A DNA stretch of 64,000 nucleotides, from the NCBI GenBank assembly GCA_053919585.1, contig CM132795.1, one strand, 5' to 3'. This DNA comes from Euprymna scolopes. Taxonomy: Eukaryota. The position numbers and the translations under genes were made by a program. Numbering within the stretch: the stretch's first letter is position 1; each line of letters starts with the position of its first letter. Of the stretch, positions 49,634 to 62,930 are shown in pieces. A model generated the notes under the pieces. It made no database searches. It saw only the letters and a list, made by a program, of their open reading frames with translations, and had not been told where the DNA came from.

Positions 49634-52600
49634 TTAACAATAAGCCCAGTTATTGACTTGTTATTCTTTTCTCCTTGCTTGAAATGGCATCTACTTTCCA
49701 GTGATGCCAACTTTAGAGACCAGAACTAAAATAGATTGTACATTCTATCAAAAGCAACGTGGGGAAAGTAACAACCTGTCCGACCAAATACGCTCATCAA
49801 CTAGGACCCTCGTCAAAGAAACTGGCCAGCTCCAATGACCAAACGAGACCCAGAGCGGACAAATCTGGAGATTTCACTTGCTGAACATTGTTGGAGAAAA
49901 AGGGGGTACATTCTCTTTGGACTGTTTTCATTATTAACAAAATTTCTCTTTCTACAATTGTGAAAGTGGAGGAAGGAAACAATTAGTTAGATTCAAGAAT
50001 GTCATTGTTTTGTACTTTTCAGCGTTGCCCAGGAGCAATAAATAAGAGATTTATAGTATTATACTTAAAAGGTATAGGTACAGTATCCTAATTACATTTT
50101 TATTTTTTTCAGCACAGAAAAACCAGAGAGGAATGAGTTTGGCAAAGGATAAAGCAAGGGTTATGGAGAAGGGTGGTAAAAGAATAAATACAGAGATAGT
50201 TAAAGAGAGAGAAATTTTAATATAAAAATGTTACACATAATTTCACTTTTATTTAATTTTATATAGCCCCAGAGGCTGGATATCCCTTGTATGAAAGGAC
50301 AAGCTGGAGTTTAGCAGTTCTCTCTAAAATAAATTTACAATTGTTTGTTTTCGTCTTGAATGTTATTTTTGCATTTTGTCTGTAACCTCAGATTTTCTTG
50401 TGCATCATATCAAACTAGCAATCTCTGCAGAATGTTGTCAGGAGAAATCCCTTCATCTAATATTTGCTGATGTTAAATTACTTGTTGGGCAATTATTAAA
50501 AAAAAGTTTTTCAATGTAGGATTATGAAATATCAATGCAGATTAAACAATTTTAAAACTTGAATACATCTTACGGATGCATTTAAATTCTATTTTGTCTC
50601 CAAATCAAATAAAATGATTGCTTGGATAATTAGAAATCTTATTTCAAGAGAGCAAATGATATTTTAAGAACCTTTTCAAGAATTTAATAAAACCTCGGAA
50701 TATTGTATTGAATCCTGGATACCAGCAGCTTTTGACATTGTATATTCATAAACATTTCATGAGACCAGATAACATTCTATTATACCAGGCCATTTGACAT
50801 ACTGTTTAGTGTGTAATGGACAAGGTTTGTTCAGTCCTCAGTCAGTCATATCAGATGCTAAAAAAAAAATTAAAAAAATAATAATACTCTATTTCTTTGG
50901 TCTCAACACTAACCAATGACAAGAGAATATTCTTGTCATTATTTTGACTCTGACTCTTACAAGTGAAGCATTCCTCAGAAGAGTGGTGATTTCTCTTACA
51001 AACACATAAGTTTAGGATCCAGTGAAAAAAAAAGTGACCTTCAGGTTCCACACCTGACTTTCATTATTTTACTATTTATATTGTCTAGTTTAAGTTGACA
51101 TGATTACAGGATTGTAATAAATAGCATAACATCCTATATTAGAAAACTCCCCTATTGACGAAATTACAATTGAAGTGAAAAAAGCATTTATTCTCAATTA
51201 TGTGAACTTAATTTTTATATTAGACATCCATCTTCTCTAACTTTTAAATGTTAGGTAGCAGCTGATGGTCAACAAGGAAACAAGACTTGATTGCTGCTTC
51301 GTAAAGTTTCTGGATACTAAATCTGTAACTAGTGGCAATTGAAAACTGTACTTTGCGAGAGTGTAATGGATATAATTCTCATCATAAAACAAGGTGATTA
51401 AAAATACCTCACGAGTATATTCCCAATCCTTAATTGGTTGCAGAGTACAATAATGAAAATTTCTATTTTTACGAATGAACAAGGTAAAAAAAAAAAAAAA
51501 AAATTTTTTTTTTTTTTTTTTTTTTTAATAGTCCCCCTCCCTTCCGACAAAGGAGGGATTGAACCTAGTAATTTACTTCTGTTCATTTGTTTGCACTTTT
51601 CTCAATAACCATGCCTTGTATTTTTTTTTTAATTTTGCACAAATATTAGTCATGGTGAAAGTAAATTTTTGCCAGAATGGATTTTCTGTCTCCTAAGGGG
51701 CAACCAAAGGCAAAATTGCCTTCAAATTGTTCTCGTGGATGCTCTGCCCCCCCCCCCCCAGTTTGTTTGTAGTCCACTTTGTTAGCAAATCCAAAATATT
51801 TGAAATTTTGCTGATCTGTCTGTTTAATGACCAAAGATGAATAACAGCTGAAAAGAAACTAGCCATGCAAACATCATGCAGATGTTTGCTTTTCTTCATC
51901 TTTAAGTTGTTTTCGGATTCATTTCTGAACAGGTTGAAAAGTCACCTAATATCAACACTTCTAGCTATGACTAAATTTTTTTTTTTTTTTTAAGTGTAAC
52001 CTACAATCTCTGATCAATTTCCCACAAACACCAACTCCATTATACACATTAGAATCTACATTTTATTTTTTTAATGGAAATACTCGAGGCATTAAGGTCA
52101 AATCAGTTAATAAGTGTTAAATGGATAGCAACCCAGAAAATAGTCATTACCCCTTTGTTAGAAACATTACTCATGGAATGTGAGGACAAAAATAAATCCA
52201 TGACCGACTTTTAGATTATTTGTACCAAATAATTGGTTTGCAGAAAGTATTGTGGATTTTAATGATTCTGTGAGTAGCATTGGGATTGGATTCCTTACAT
52301 TTTTTTTTTTTTTTTTTTTGTACCTCAATGTCACCTTTCAAGAATTTCTTCAATGTAAAACTTGGATCTTAAATGGAAATTTACTTTTATTTTAGAGAAC
52401 AGTAATATGATAATCAACGGAGTAAGAATCTCCTTATATTTGTTGTCTTGTTTATTTTGAGAAATACTTAATTTTATCAAACGTTTACCCAATCAGAGTA
52501 AGTGTATTTACCTGCCTGAAAAGAATTCTAGCATATTCAGTAGCTGCACCATTTGTTCCGTATTGACATATTTTACCAAATTACGTTTTTCTTAGCACTT

Positions 52601-53034
52601 TTCAAGAGAGGTTGAAAACTGTATCATAAAGACCTTGATTTTGTTGTAGAGTATTAATACAGGTTTCAATGGTTAGTCTCTAGTGTCAATTGAAGTCAAC
52701 AAATGTATCTGCTGATGTTCAGAAAGAGTTGGTACAGTTTAGTAAATTGCTTATCAAAAAAATAAAATTCATAATGATGCATACAAACAGCAGGTTGGTG
52801 ATGGGAAATATATCTTGCTCAGAGTTACACCTCTACGCTGTGATTGGCAGCCACTAATGATTTATTTAACCTCAAAATAAAACATTGTTGCCTGTTTTAA
52901 ACTTCAATTGTGATATTTCAAGATTTCAAAGTAGTTCTACTTAATCATATTTCAGAAATCAAAACATTTGAAGTCCTAAATGAATATCCTTTCACATGTC
53001 TTAATAACATTTTTTCTTTTACATTGTCACCACC

Positions 53035-53660
53035 CCTAACAAGGCAGTGCCACTTTGATGGAGGAAGCTACTACAGGGACATAAGTTGCAGGGATACTAT
53101 GTAGGGAGTTCAGCAGCAAGATGTCTTTTCACATTGCACTTAAACTTTTGCATGTCAGTACAGTTGGGGAAGCAGAAACGTGGAAGAGAGTTCCAGAGTT
53201 TAGTATTTCTGAGAAAGAAACTATTAGAATAGAATTTCTTATATCTAGGGATCTGTGTATGGGGGAGGGGGGCTGCTTATCAGGTTCAACAGGGGTATTT
53301 CTGTTGAAGAGGTACAAGGGCTTGTAGTTAATCATTAAAATATTTGTAAAACAGGCAGAGGAATGCAACATTTTGTCGGTGGGACAGAGGTTGAAGTGGA
53401 GTTCAGGACCTATCAGGTTGGCAAATATCTTGAACCCTGTCCAGGAGTGAGAGACTAGTAGCAAATGCACCAGCCCAAATGTAACACCACTCCATACATT
53501 GGCAAATGGTGGCCTTATAGAGGTACAGGATACTTTCAGATGTAACTTTCTAGCACAGAAGAGAGAGAGCCCACCTTCTTTGCTGCAGTCTTGGCAATGC
53601 TCTCAGTGTATCTGTTCCAACTCCTGTGAAGGTTAAGCCGAGGAGTTTGAAACGAGTACT
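53035..53660 (-). mobile_element. Degraded 3' fragment of a second CR1/L2-like LINE family
   Basis: Aligns by eye with 57232-57715 (aaggca..gtgccactttga..acataagttgcaggg..gttcaggacctatcaggttgg); minus ORF NLIGPEL..SSACF..K.F. Confidence 0.8.
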
Positions 53661-53935
53661 TTCAGGTGATGTAACTTTAGTCATAGCTATTTCTGGTTGA
53701 GAAGGTTCCTTGTAATTATGGAAGGAAATATTTGAAGAGTTTTTAGGAAAGTAATGATAAAAATGTTCCTATGAAACGGCCATTCTGAGTGTTTTTCTGA
53801 CTTCCGCCACAGTGTTTAGAAGCTCGGTACTACCACAACTACTCTATAAGGAATTTCATCATGAAATTTGGAAAACAATTAAAAAAAAAAAAAATTTCAC
53901 TAATTGTTCGGTACAAAATAAATTGGTCTTAGTTT

Positions 53936-53972
<37 letters not shown>

Positions 53973-54899
53973 ATGTTTCAAAAGAATTTTTTTCTAAATA
54001 TATTTTTGTATGCCAAGTAATAAACATTTCTCTTTTGCTAAGAAATCTAACTCGTTTTCAGCAAAAAAAAAAAAAAAAAAAATTAGTGCTAATAATTACA
54101 ACCTCAGCAGCAGATGTTTTCGGCTTGGTTTGAAATCGAGTTTTGTGAATTATATTTGAAAATAAATTTTTATTTAAGATTGAATTTCCTTTAAAAAAAA
54201 ATAAAAAATAAAATACTTAACCACTCTAAAATGCTAGAATGGATTAGTTTACCAAAATTTATAAGTAAAACTGATCTCCCACTTTAAAATAATTCTTTTT
54301 GTTTATTCTTTGTCAAGTTTGTAGGGTATTCACACATAATTGACACTAGCACTACTAATTCAAAGCCATGGGGAGGGGGGGTCTCTTAAAACAACAAATA
54401 ATTATCTTTAAAAAACTCACCAGATTTGTTTCCCATAAAGATATATATTGATTTGTAAAGTTTTTCAGTGTGTTCATATAAATAAAATCACATTTTGGAG
54501 AGGTAGGTGATAGTTATTTAGCATGTGTTAATGTACAATAAACCAAAGAAATATTGCAATATATTCCTTTTTAAACAGTCTTAATATTAGATTTCAGTTT
54601 CTTGAACATAAAATTCATTACAATTTAACTTTAAGGTCCAATTTTTTTTTTTTTTTTTATGCATACATAGAATTTTTATGGTATTGCAGCATTACTAAGA
54701 GACCAATTTCTGAAAATTTTCAGTGCCATATTCAGATTTCTTGCACAAAGTACATTTGACTAATCTCATTGCTTAATCTTAAAGATAAAGCATTTTTATT
54801 GAAAAACATGGTCTTAAAGAGAAACATCAAAATCTGAAGCACAAAAATAGTCCTTATTTTTGGTCAGATTTAAAAACTTATTTAGATCATCAAGCTCTT

Positions 54900-55238
54900 T
54901 CTATGTATGCCATAATCGCGATATTAAGAAATTTAGAACTTTTTCATGTGCAATTCCATTTTTTTAAAAATTAGGTTACAGGTGAATTTATATATGCATA
55001 TGGGCATGACTTGGGGGTGGGGGGGGGGTGCATATTTTGGTTTCGATTTTAGCTCATGGCGCCTAAGTCATATCTATATATTTTAGTTTTGATCTCACGA
55101 CCATATATTAGGTTCCATATATTAGGTTCAATACGATAATTGATAGCAAAATTCTCTATAATAAAAATGTCCATGAATTATAGTATCATATTTAAATGTA
55201 TCTTACGACAGAGCCACAGCGGGCGGGCGGCCTGCTAG
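54900..55238 (+). mobile_element. Helitron-like element 3' end
   Basis: GC-rich stretch gcgggcgggcggcctg followed by CTAG|T at 55235-55239. Confidence 0.45.
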
Positions 55239-55732
55239 TATATATATATATTATATAAAATGTGTTGGAAGTTGATTTAATAAAAAGAATAAATGAATAA
55301 CAACGATGATAATATACAATACATAGCTTATACATCAAGAAAAAAAAAATGCAGCATTCTTTTGACAAGAATAAACAAAAGATTCATTGAACATTTACAA
55401 TAATCCACTGATCTTGCAGATAATCAAGTACAACTATAAAACCAATATTTTAAAGGCCGAGCTGGTCAAAAACCTGGGTTTTCAAATTATTCCTAGTCTT
55501 TCTAAAAAAATTTTCTGTAAAAATTCTATTTCCACTCAACTATAGTTGAACTATTAGCTATCCCTTTCTTATCTACGTAAAAGACTTTTTCTTCCTCCCA
55601 CCAAACTGTTTTACTTTCGTTCATCCTTTTTTCGAAAACCTCTTTTCATCCCATCTCTAAAGTAGCCATTTTCAATGACTCACATTCCTCCTGACCATTC
55701 CATCTGACTCAGCCATAATGTATTTCAGATAT

Positions 55733-57110
55733 CTTTTTTTTTTTTTTTTTTTTACATGGGGGTCACCACTTATCAAGGCCCGAAGACCACTCAGGGATAA
55801 GGATTATTGCGTGTACAGTAATCAATGAGATAGTATTGTAGTAATCATTAGTATTGGGGGTTTTGATAGTGTCTTATTTAAGGGGGCGGTTTGTCATGAG
55901 TTTGTTTATGTTGGACTTGAAGACGTCCAAGTTGTAGTCAGGTGGGAAACAGGCAAGCGGCAGAGAGTTCCACTGGCGTGCAGTTCTAAGAAAGAAGCTT
56001 TGCTCATGGAATCTACGTTTGGATTTAGGCACAGATAAAGAGTGGGAAAAATTATTGACAGTAGTTTCAGCCAGACGGGTGTTTCTCATGAAAGATTGGC
56101 GAGGGGGGGGGGGACGAGGGATTAGAGCTCAGACGAGCACCTGCCATGGAAATAGCGATAAAACAAAGACAGGTTTGCAACGTCTCCTCTGTGGGAGAGA
56201 GGTTGCAGGGAAGAGAAAAGGGCATCCCCCCACTAAACCACGAAGTCTATTTTGTACTCTGTCAAGGCAGGATAGACTGTTTTTAGCAGCTCCTGCCCAG
56301 ATGTGGCAGCAGTACTCCATCCTTGGACATACTTGGCTTTTATAAAGATAGAGAATTGCATCAGTAGTGAGATATCTTCTAGAGCGGTAGACGAATCCCA
56401 CCATCTTCCCAGCGACCTTGGCAACAGACTTTATGTACGTGTTCCATTTCAGATCAGGAGTAAAGGTCAAACCCAGAAGCTTGTCAAAACATGGAGCCTC
56501 CCCTAGACGAGAGCTATCCATTTCAATCGACACCAGATGGGGATCAGAGTGTTGATGATGTAAAGATAGGAGCTTGGTTTTGGATGCATTAAAAGTGACC
56601 AGCCACCTCTTCCTCCATTGTACCACATGCTCAAGATCAGAGGAGAAAGAATTAGAGAGAACTTTGTCATTTACGGCCTTTGATGTGTTGCCATAGATGG
56701 TCATGTCATCAGCATAGATGTCAACGAATGATTTAAGTATGTGTTTTGGGAGATCATTGATGTAGATCAGGAAGAGAGTTGGGCCCAGGATGAACCCCTG
56801 AGGGACTCCAGCATTAATACTGTGGGCCTCTGATTTCTGCCCATCAACCACTACTCTTATGAACCTATCGGAGAGAAATGATTTAATGATTGAGAAAACA
56901 TTTCCAGTAATACCGTAGCTGGAAATCTTGTGAAGTAGGCCCTTATGCCATACCTTATCGAAGGCCTTCGATATGTCAAGAGCAATTGCCCTGGAAAGGA
57001 AACCTTTGTCAAGAGATTCACTAATCCTGTGTGATATAACCGTTAGAACATCTGCTGTAGATCTTACAGAGCGAAAACCATATTGCGTGTCACTAAGAAG
57101 GTTTCCTTCT
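55733..57110 (-). mobile_element. 5'-truncated CR1/L2-group LINE, second copy of the 41-kb family
   Basis: ORF 56129-56851 GVPQGFILGPTLFLIYINDL, YADD; QYGFRSVRSTADVLT at the 5' end; poly(T) on + at 55733-55753. Confidence 0.95.
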
Positions 57111-57231
57111 TAGATGTCTTTCTACTCTCACTACTTATATCTACCAATATTCCTTATTCTATCCTTTCCATCACTCGTTATGCTTTTTCCTCTAATATAT
57201 ATATATATATTTTTTTTTAATTCAATTTTAA

Positions 57232-57715
57232 CCCTAAACAAGGCACAGTGCCACTTTGAAGTAAGGGGCTACTATTGGTAACATAAGTTGCAGGGGCATT
57301 ATGAAGGGAGATAAGGAACAAGAGGTTTGTTCACATTACACTTGAACTTCTGCATTCCGGTACAGTTGGGAAAGCAGAATCCCGGAAGGGAGTTCCAAAG
57401 TCTAGCAGTTCTGAGGAAGAAATTATTGGAGTAGAAGGTTTTCTTACACCTAGGGATCTCTACTGTGAAGGGGTGGGATTTGTCAGGGGGGGGTACAAGT
57501 GCTTGTAGTTCGTCAGAGCATTTATCATTAAAATACTTGTAGAACAGGCAGAGGGATGCTACATTTCATCAATGGGACAGAAGCTGAAGCTTAGATGACA
57601 GTTCAGGACCTATCAGGTTGGTGACTCTTTTGAACCTTGTCTAGGAGCGAGAGACAAGTAGCACCAGCCCAAATATGACGACAATACTCAATATATGGGT
57701 GAATGGTGGCCTTAT
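57232..57715 (-). mobile_element. Degraded 3' fragment of CR1/L2-like LINE (same family as 53035-53660)
   Basis: Minus strand IRPPFT..EYCRHIWAGA...LDKVQKR remnant; shared 3'UTR. Confidence 0.8.
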
Positions 57716-60116
57716 TTCTCTCACTCCCCATATTCCTGTTTTTTTAGCTGTATCTCCAGTCATGAATTATATGTGAACTTGATTTTAGCTATACATTTTT
57801 ATTTATACCAACATTTATTGCTACCTATGTGCATATGTTTAAGCTGAAGCCTTGTCTGGTAAAATATTCAATCGAAAATGAGTGCCACCTCCAAGAAGAC
57901 CATAGGACTAAGCAGGGGATGTCATTTGACTCATCTAGACTGCCACCCATCAAAATTAATTCCTCTTTCATCTCTAAAATAATTGCTTGATCTTTAATTT
58001 CATGAAATGAAAATATTTTTTAAATTTTTATCTGACACTTTTGATGAAAATGATAAACTCACCTTTATCCTTGTGCAGATATGAAATGGGTTTAATTTTT
58101 CCATTATTTGTTTTTTTCTGCTTATCTGATTATTTTTCGTACTAAATGGAACCTGTGGAAAATCTTCAGTTGTACCTTTCATGTGTTGTATACTGCTGTC
58201 ATTTTATGAACATCCATCATGAACAAAGATGCCACAATATTATTGTATCACCTTTATTCAAAGTGAAACGTATTTATACGTAACTGGAGTAGAGTAGTTT
58301 CAGAGCATATCTAGTTATGGGGTCTATTTCCAAGACCGTTGTACAAGTTAGTGACATATTTCCATTCTATGGGCTAAACAAATATTACATTTTGATCCTA
58401 AACCAAAAGTCAAGAAAATTTCATTTTCAACGACAGATGAAGTTGAAAAAATAAAAAAATAAAAAAAATACTTATTTGCATTGCATTTTTGGCAATTGGG
58501 CAATCCTATCTTTCAAAAACGGTGTAAAGAATGATAACACACACACACACGAAATCGCTTTAGCATGTTATTATATAGATGTTTTCAGTTTTCTTTTTAA
58601 GTTTGTGTGTATTTTTTATTTTTTTTAGTATAAATGTGAAACCTATTTTTCAATTAATGATAAATTTAAAAATAAAAAACATTTGAATATTATGAATAAA
58701 ACCAATATAAAAATAGAATGTAGAGTTATTTAAATTATGGAACGATTAGTTGGAAAATTCTTTTGCAAAGTACCAAGGTATTTTAAAGTGACAAATTCAT
58801 TATTTTGATACACAATAACAGTTACTCAAAGCAAGAATACTTATTTATACATACTAACACATTTTCACACAACAATTTTAATAAAGAAGTCAAGACAGTT
58901 TTTTTTTAAAGCTGTTTTCATTTTTTTGTGATATGTTGCCTGTTTTTAATACCAAGGAACAGCAGTTTTGCACAATTTTTTTTTTTTTTTTTTTTTTTTT
59001 CACAATTTGTATTTTTTTTTCTTTGCATCCAAAATGTAAATCATGCAAGGTGCCGTGTTTTTTTTTTTGTTTTTTTTTCATGAGACAAAAAATAAATTTG
59101 TTTTTGTGTCAATGAAGAAGACTTTACAATATAAAAAGATCAGAAGTCAGCAATGAATGGGAGAAAATTGCAGGAAAAATATTTTTTTTTTTTTTTTAAT
59201 CAAAATAAAATAAAAAATAAATAAAATAAACTAAAAAAAGAAAAAAAAATGTTTTCTTAAAATGTATACAAAAAATCTTTTTCCTTTATAATATGGGCTT
59301 ATAAAATTATTTTCAAAATTCAGGATATAAAAACAGAATAAACTCATTTTTTTGTCAGCAGGATAAAGAAAAAGGAAAAATTGAAAAACATTAAACCAGG
59401 TGGGGTAGGGGGAAATCACAAGTAGTGAAAACTTGTTTTTAACAAACAGTACGTACATCCGTCGACATAAGACTAAAATCAAAATTAAAATAAAAACATT
59501 TTTTACCTGGCTTTATATTCTGAATGTGCATTTTGTATCAATTTCATATTATTTATCTTCCATTAAAAAGAAACTTGAAAATTCAAAACAATTATTTGAA
59601 ATAAAAAACCACTGCCCTCCTCTTTCCTATTTTAATTAGATTTTCTAATTGATAAATGGATGATGATCTGGATATCCATAAATTTTAATTACTGCGTTCC
59701 CTACCACATAAGACGCTGAATTTGACAGGATACATTTGTAATACAAGTTTATACAACGCTTCCCTCCCCAATCTCTAACAAAAAAAACTGAGCTGTAAGG
59801 TACAATTTTTTTTTTTTTTTAAGGATTAATTTTGGTTCTTAATTAAAAAAAAAAAAAAAAAAATATTTAAGATGTACATACCCGTCATCGAACAAAGATA
59901 TATTCCGAAATTCATGTAAATTGTTCAAGTAGTTTTTTCCTTTTAACTGAGAAAATCAAAATATATGATTTCTAGTGATTAAAAAGTTTAAACTATTTTG
60001 AATACAAAAATCTCAGTAGTTAAATTGAATTGTTGCTCTTGTATTTTAACATGTTCTAAAAAAAAAAAAAAACATGGCAGTTGGCTGCCATCTCTCTCAT
60101 CATAATGATTTTCTTA

Positions 60117-60148
<32 letters not shown>

Positions 60149-61560
60149 CACTACTTGATCAATTTGTGATTTTTGGAATATGACATCTTTGTTCCATGAT
60201 GGGTACATACATCATAAACGTTTGTATTTTTTTTTTTTAATTAGAGCGAATTCTTAATAAGGGCCTTTTTATTTTCAAGAAAAGGAGGGGAAAAAGGGGC
60301 ATCTCATGTAGCAGTAAATATGGTAGTATATATATGGTTATACATGTTGGAATTATAATTTTTTTTAATGCAATTCTAGAATATGACGCCTGATAGAAGA
60401 AAACAAAATCTCTTAATAAAAAAGTTAAAAAAAAAAAAAAAAGAAACAGTTAAGAGGGGTAGGGATCAACAGTTTGAGGTTGAGAAAGAAGGGGGTGTTT
60501 TTAAATAGCTAGACTGAATGGAATGTGATCAAATAAGGTAACATTTGACATTTTTCGTTTGAAAACTGGGGGTGGGGTGGGGGGTTAGAAAATATTCCAT
60601 CCTCACACTTGTATACTTATATAAGTACAACACTCAACGTTCATGAAAATGCGTGCGAAACACCCGACATAAATATTTAATCAACAAAAGAAAATCTTGT
60701 TAAAAATTTCTTCAATGTTTTGGTTGAGATCTTAATGATATAGTAAGAGTTCCGTTTGTATCACTCAGCATGTGTACAACCTGAGGAAGGTCTCACTGCC
60801 CAAACAATTGGTTCTATGTCAACCATTCTAACATAGGGCCACCATTTTAAACAGGTATTTAGAAATCAGAAAATGAAAGAAAAACTAGAACTCATTTAAG
60901 TGCTCAACATCTTTCAATTGAGCTAAAACATAATGTTGCATGTTACTGGATTTTCTTGATACTGATTTTCACAATTGTCAGATTCCAATTTATAGGCTTT
61001 TGTTATATCTATATATATATTATACATATTTTATTAGTTTTATTTAATTAGATGTAATTCAGAAATTTATCTGGTTTCTAAATATTAATTGAATACACAA
61101 ATAATGAGAATTCAATATGGATTACATGAAAAATAATTCATATTTTAAAACTGAATAGTTTGTTTTCTTTAAGTGAATGTTTATAAAATAAATAGAATTT
61201 ACTTAAATTTAGAAAAGTTATGGAAATTAAATTGATTTAATTAGAAGTTATAGCCAAGGATTTAAGATCAAAATAAAAAAAATTAAAATGGTAGAACGAA
61301 AATTTTCTGATGGAGAAACAAATGAAGAAAGAGATCAATACATATGTATATCATGTATAGAGAAGGTCATGATTATCACTATTAATATGGATTCAAGGGA
61401 ATTAACTCTTCCTCATACGATTCCTGTTCACCTACTTTCATGGGAGTGGACGAGTTAATCATTTCAATGGAATTTTTATATGAAAAAAGATCAACAAACG
61501 AGTTTATGAAAACAATTGCAAAAGTATATGAAACTTAAATGCTTACAGAATTAGACATTT

Positions 61561-61936
61561 TGAATTATTCTGACTAATATTCCCATCATTTTGTTATTTT
61601 CACAATATTTCGGCCGATGTAATTTTCTCCAGGTGCATTTTTTTTTTTTTTTTTAATTTGGGAATCTTTATATTAAACTCGGAAACTGGTGCAGAATTTC
61701 AAACTGAAGTCATGATACAACAGATAAAGACTAACAATCAATTCAAGCGAGTTTTCTGAATTGGTTGTAATGAATGCCTTTATCCGTTGCACCACTTGTT
61801 CAGTTTAAAATTCTGTAACAGTTCCAGAGTTTGACAAAGATTCTCAAATTCAGAAAAATGCACCTGAAGGTCAGAGGTCAGATCAGCTGAAATGTCGCAA
61901 AAATAACATGATGAGAACAATAGTCAAAATTATTCA
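61561..61936. mobile_element. Inverted pair of Penelope-like terminal repeats (~150-bp arms)
   Basis: tgaattattctgacta/tagtcaaaattattca, aggtgcattttt/aaaaatgcacct, cagaatttcaaactgaa/ttcagtttaaaattctg; each arm has a degenerate CTGAAG..GAAA motif. Confidence 0.7.
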
Positions 61937-62503
61937 AATTATCCTCATCTCAAAAATTCCAAAAAGTATTTTAGTTGTTATATTTATAAGGAGAGTGCTC
62001 AGTATTAGTGACAGAGCATATGAAGAGCAGAGACAGTCAATGGCACAGTGACTGTCAATTTCAAGAGTTGGTCAGATGAATGCAAGGTGAAAAATTGGCA
62101 GTCACCATGTTTACGCTCTTCAAATGATATATGTAAGGATAGTCGAGGTTTTTAAAAGTATTTCCTTCTGTGTAAAAAAAGTTTTGGTAACCAAATTCTA
62201 AAGGCTCTTTCAATAAAAACTTGTGACTAGAAGATATTCTGTTTTTTGTGAGTACAACTATTATCGGAAATAAATGTGAAAGGTTTGTTTTTTTTTATGG
62301 TTTTTTTTTCACCTATCCTAACTATATTAACATCAAAGCAGCTGATATTGTATCGCAGAATTAAAAAGACAAGATTTTGAAATGCTGTATATTTTGTAAA
62401 TTGCAAACAATCACAATCTATTTTAGGTTGTCTATTTTTTCAATAGTTCTAATAAATTAATATTTTGTAATATATATTTTTATAATTTGAATTCTCTCTC
62501 TCA

Positions 62504-62930
62504 TATATGCCAGACTACAGACTACCCAAGAAGCTTCTGTTTGTTGAGCTCCAACATGGCAAGCGCTCCCATGGCGGCCCAAGAAAACGCTTTAAAGACA
62601 CTCTGAAGGCATCACTGAAGACCTTCAACGTTGATCCGTCATCATAGGAGCAGACAACTTTAGATAGAGCTAAGTGGCGGCCGCTGTTCATGACAGTGCC
62701 AGCAAATATGAAAGTTACTGAAAGGTTACTGCAGAGAAGCGCAGGAAGGACAATGTTTTGAAATCTTTGACATCTGCTATGATTCCCTGTTCTCACTGCA
62801 ATAGAACTTTTCAAGCAAAGATTGGGCTTATCAGCCATATCCATACTCACCGATGATAACAGCCCCCGCCCCACACTACAGGATGATCAGATGGTCCTCG
62901 TCGTTTCGATGGACGAACACACACACACAT
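62504..62930 (+). mobile_element. 3' fragment of RTE-clade LINE with (CA)n tail
   Basis: MPDYRLPKKLLFVELQHGKRSHGGPRKRFKDTLKASLKTFNVDPSS*EQTTLDRAKWR; C-terminal C2H2-like remnant. Confidence 0.9.

Noticed and set aside
58000-58182. 60-aa ORF (MKGTTEDF...) as an intact small gene
   Set aside because: It overlaps a relic exon in a different frame; splicing in this frame hits an immediate stop in the next block.
61288-61458. 56-codon plus-strand ORF
   Set aside because: Short, no recognisable motif, and its end overlaps a small TTAA-flanked inverted repeat.
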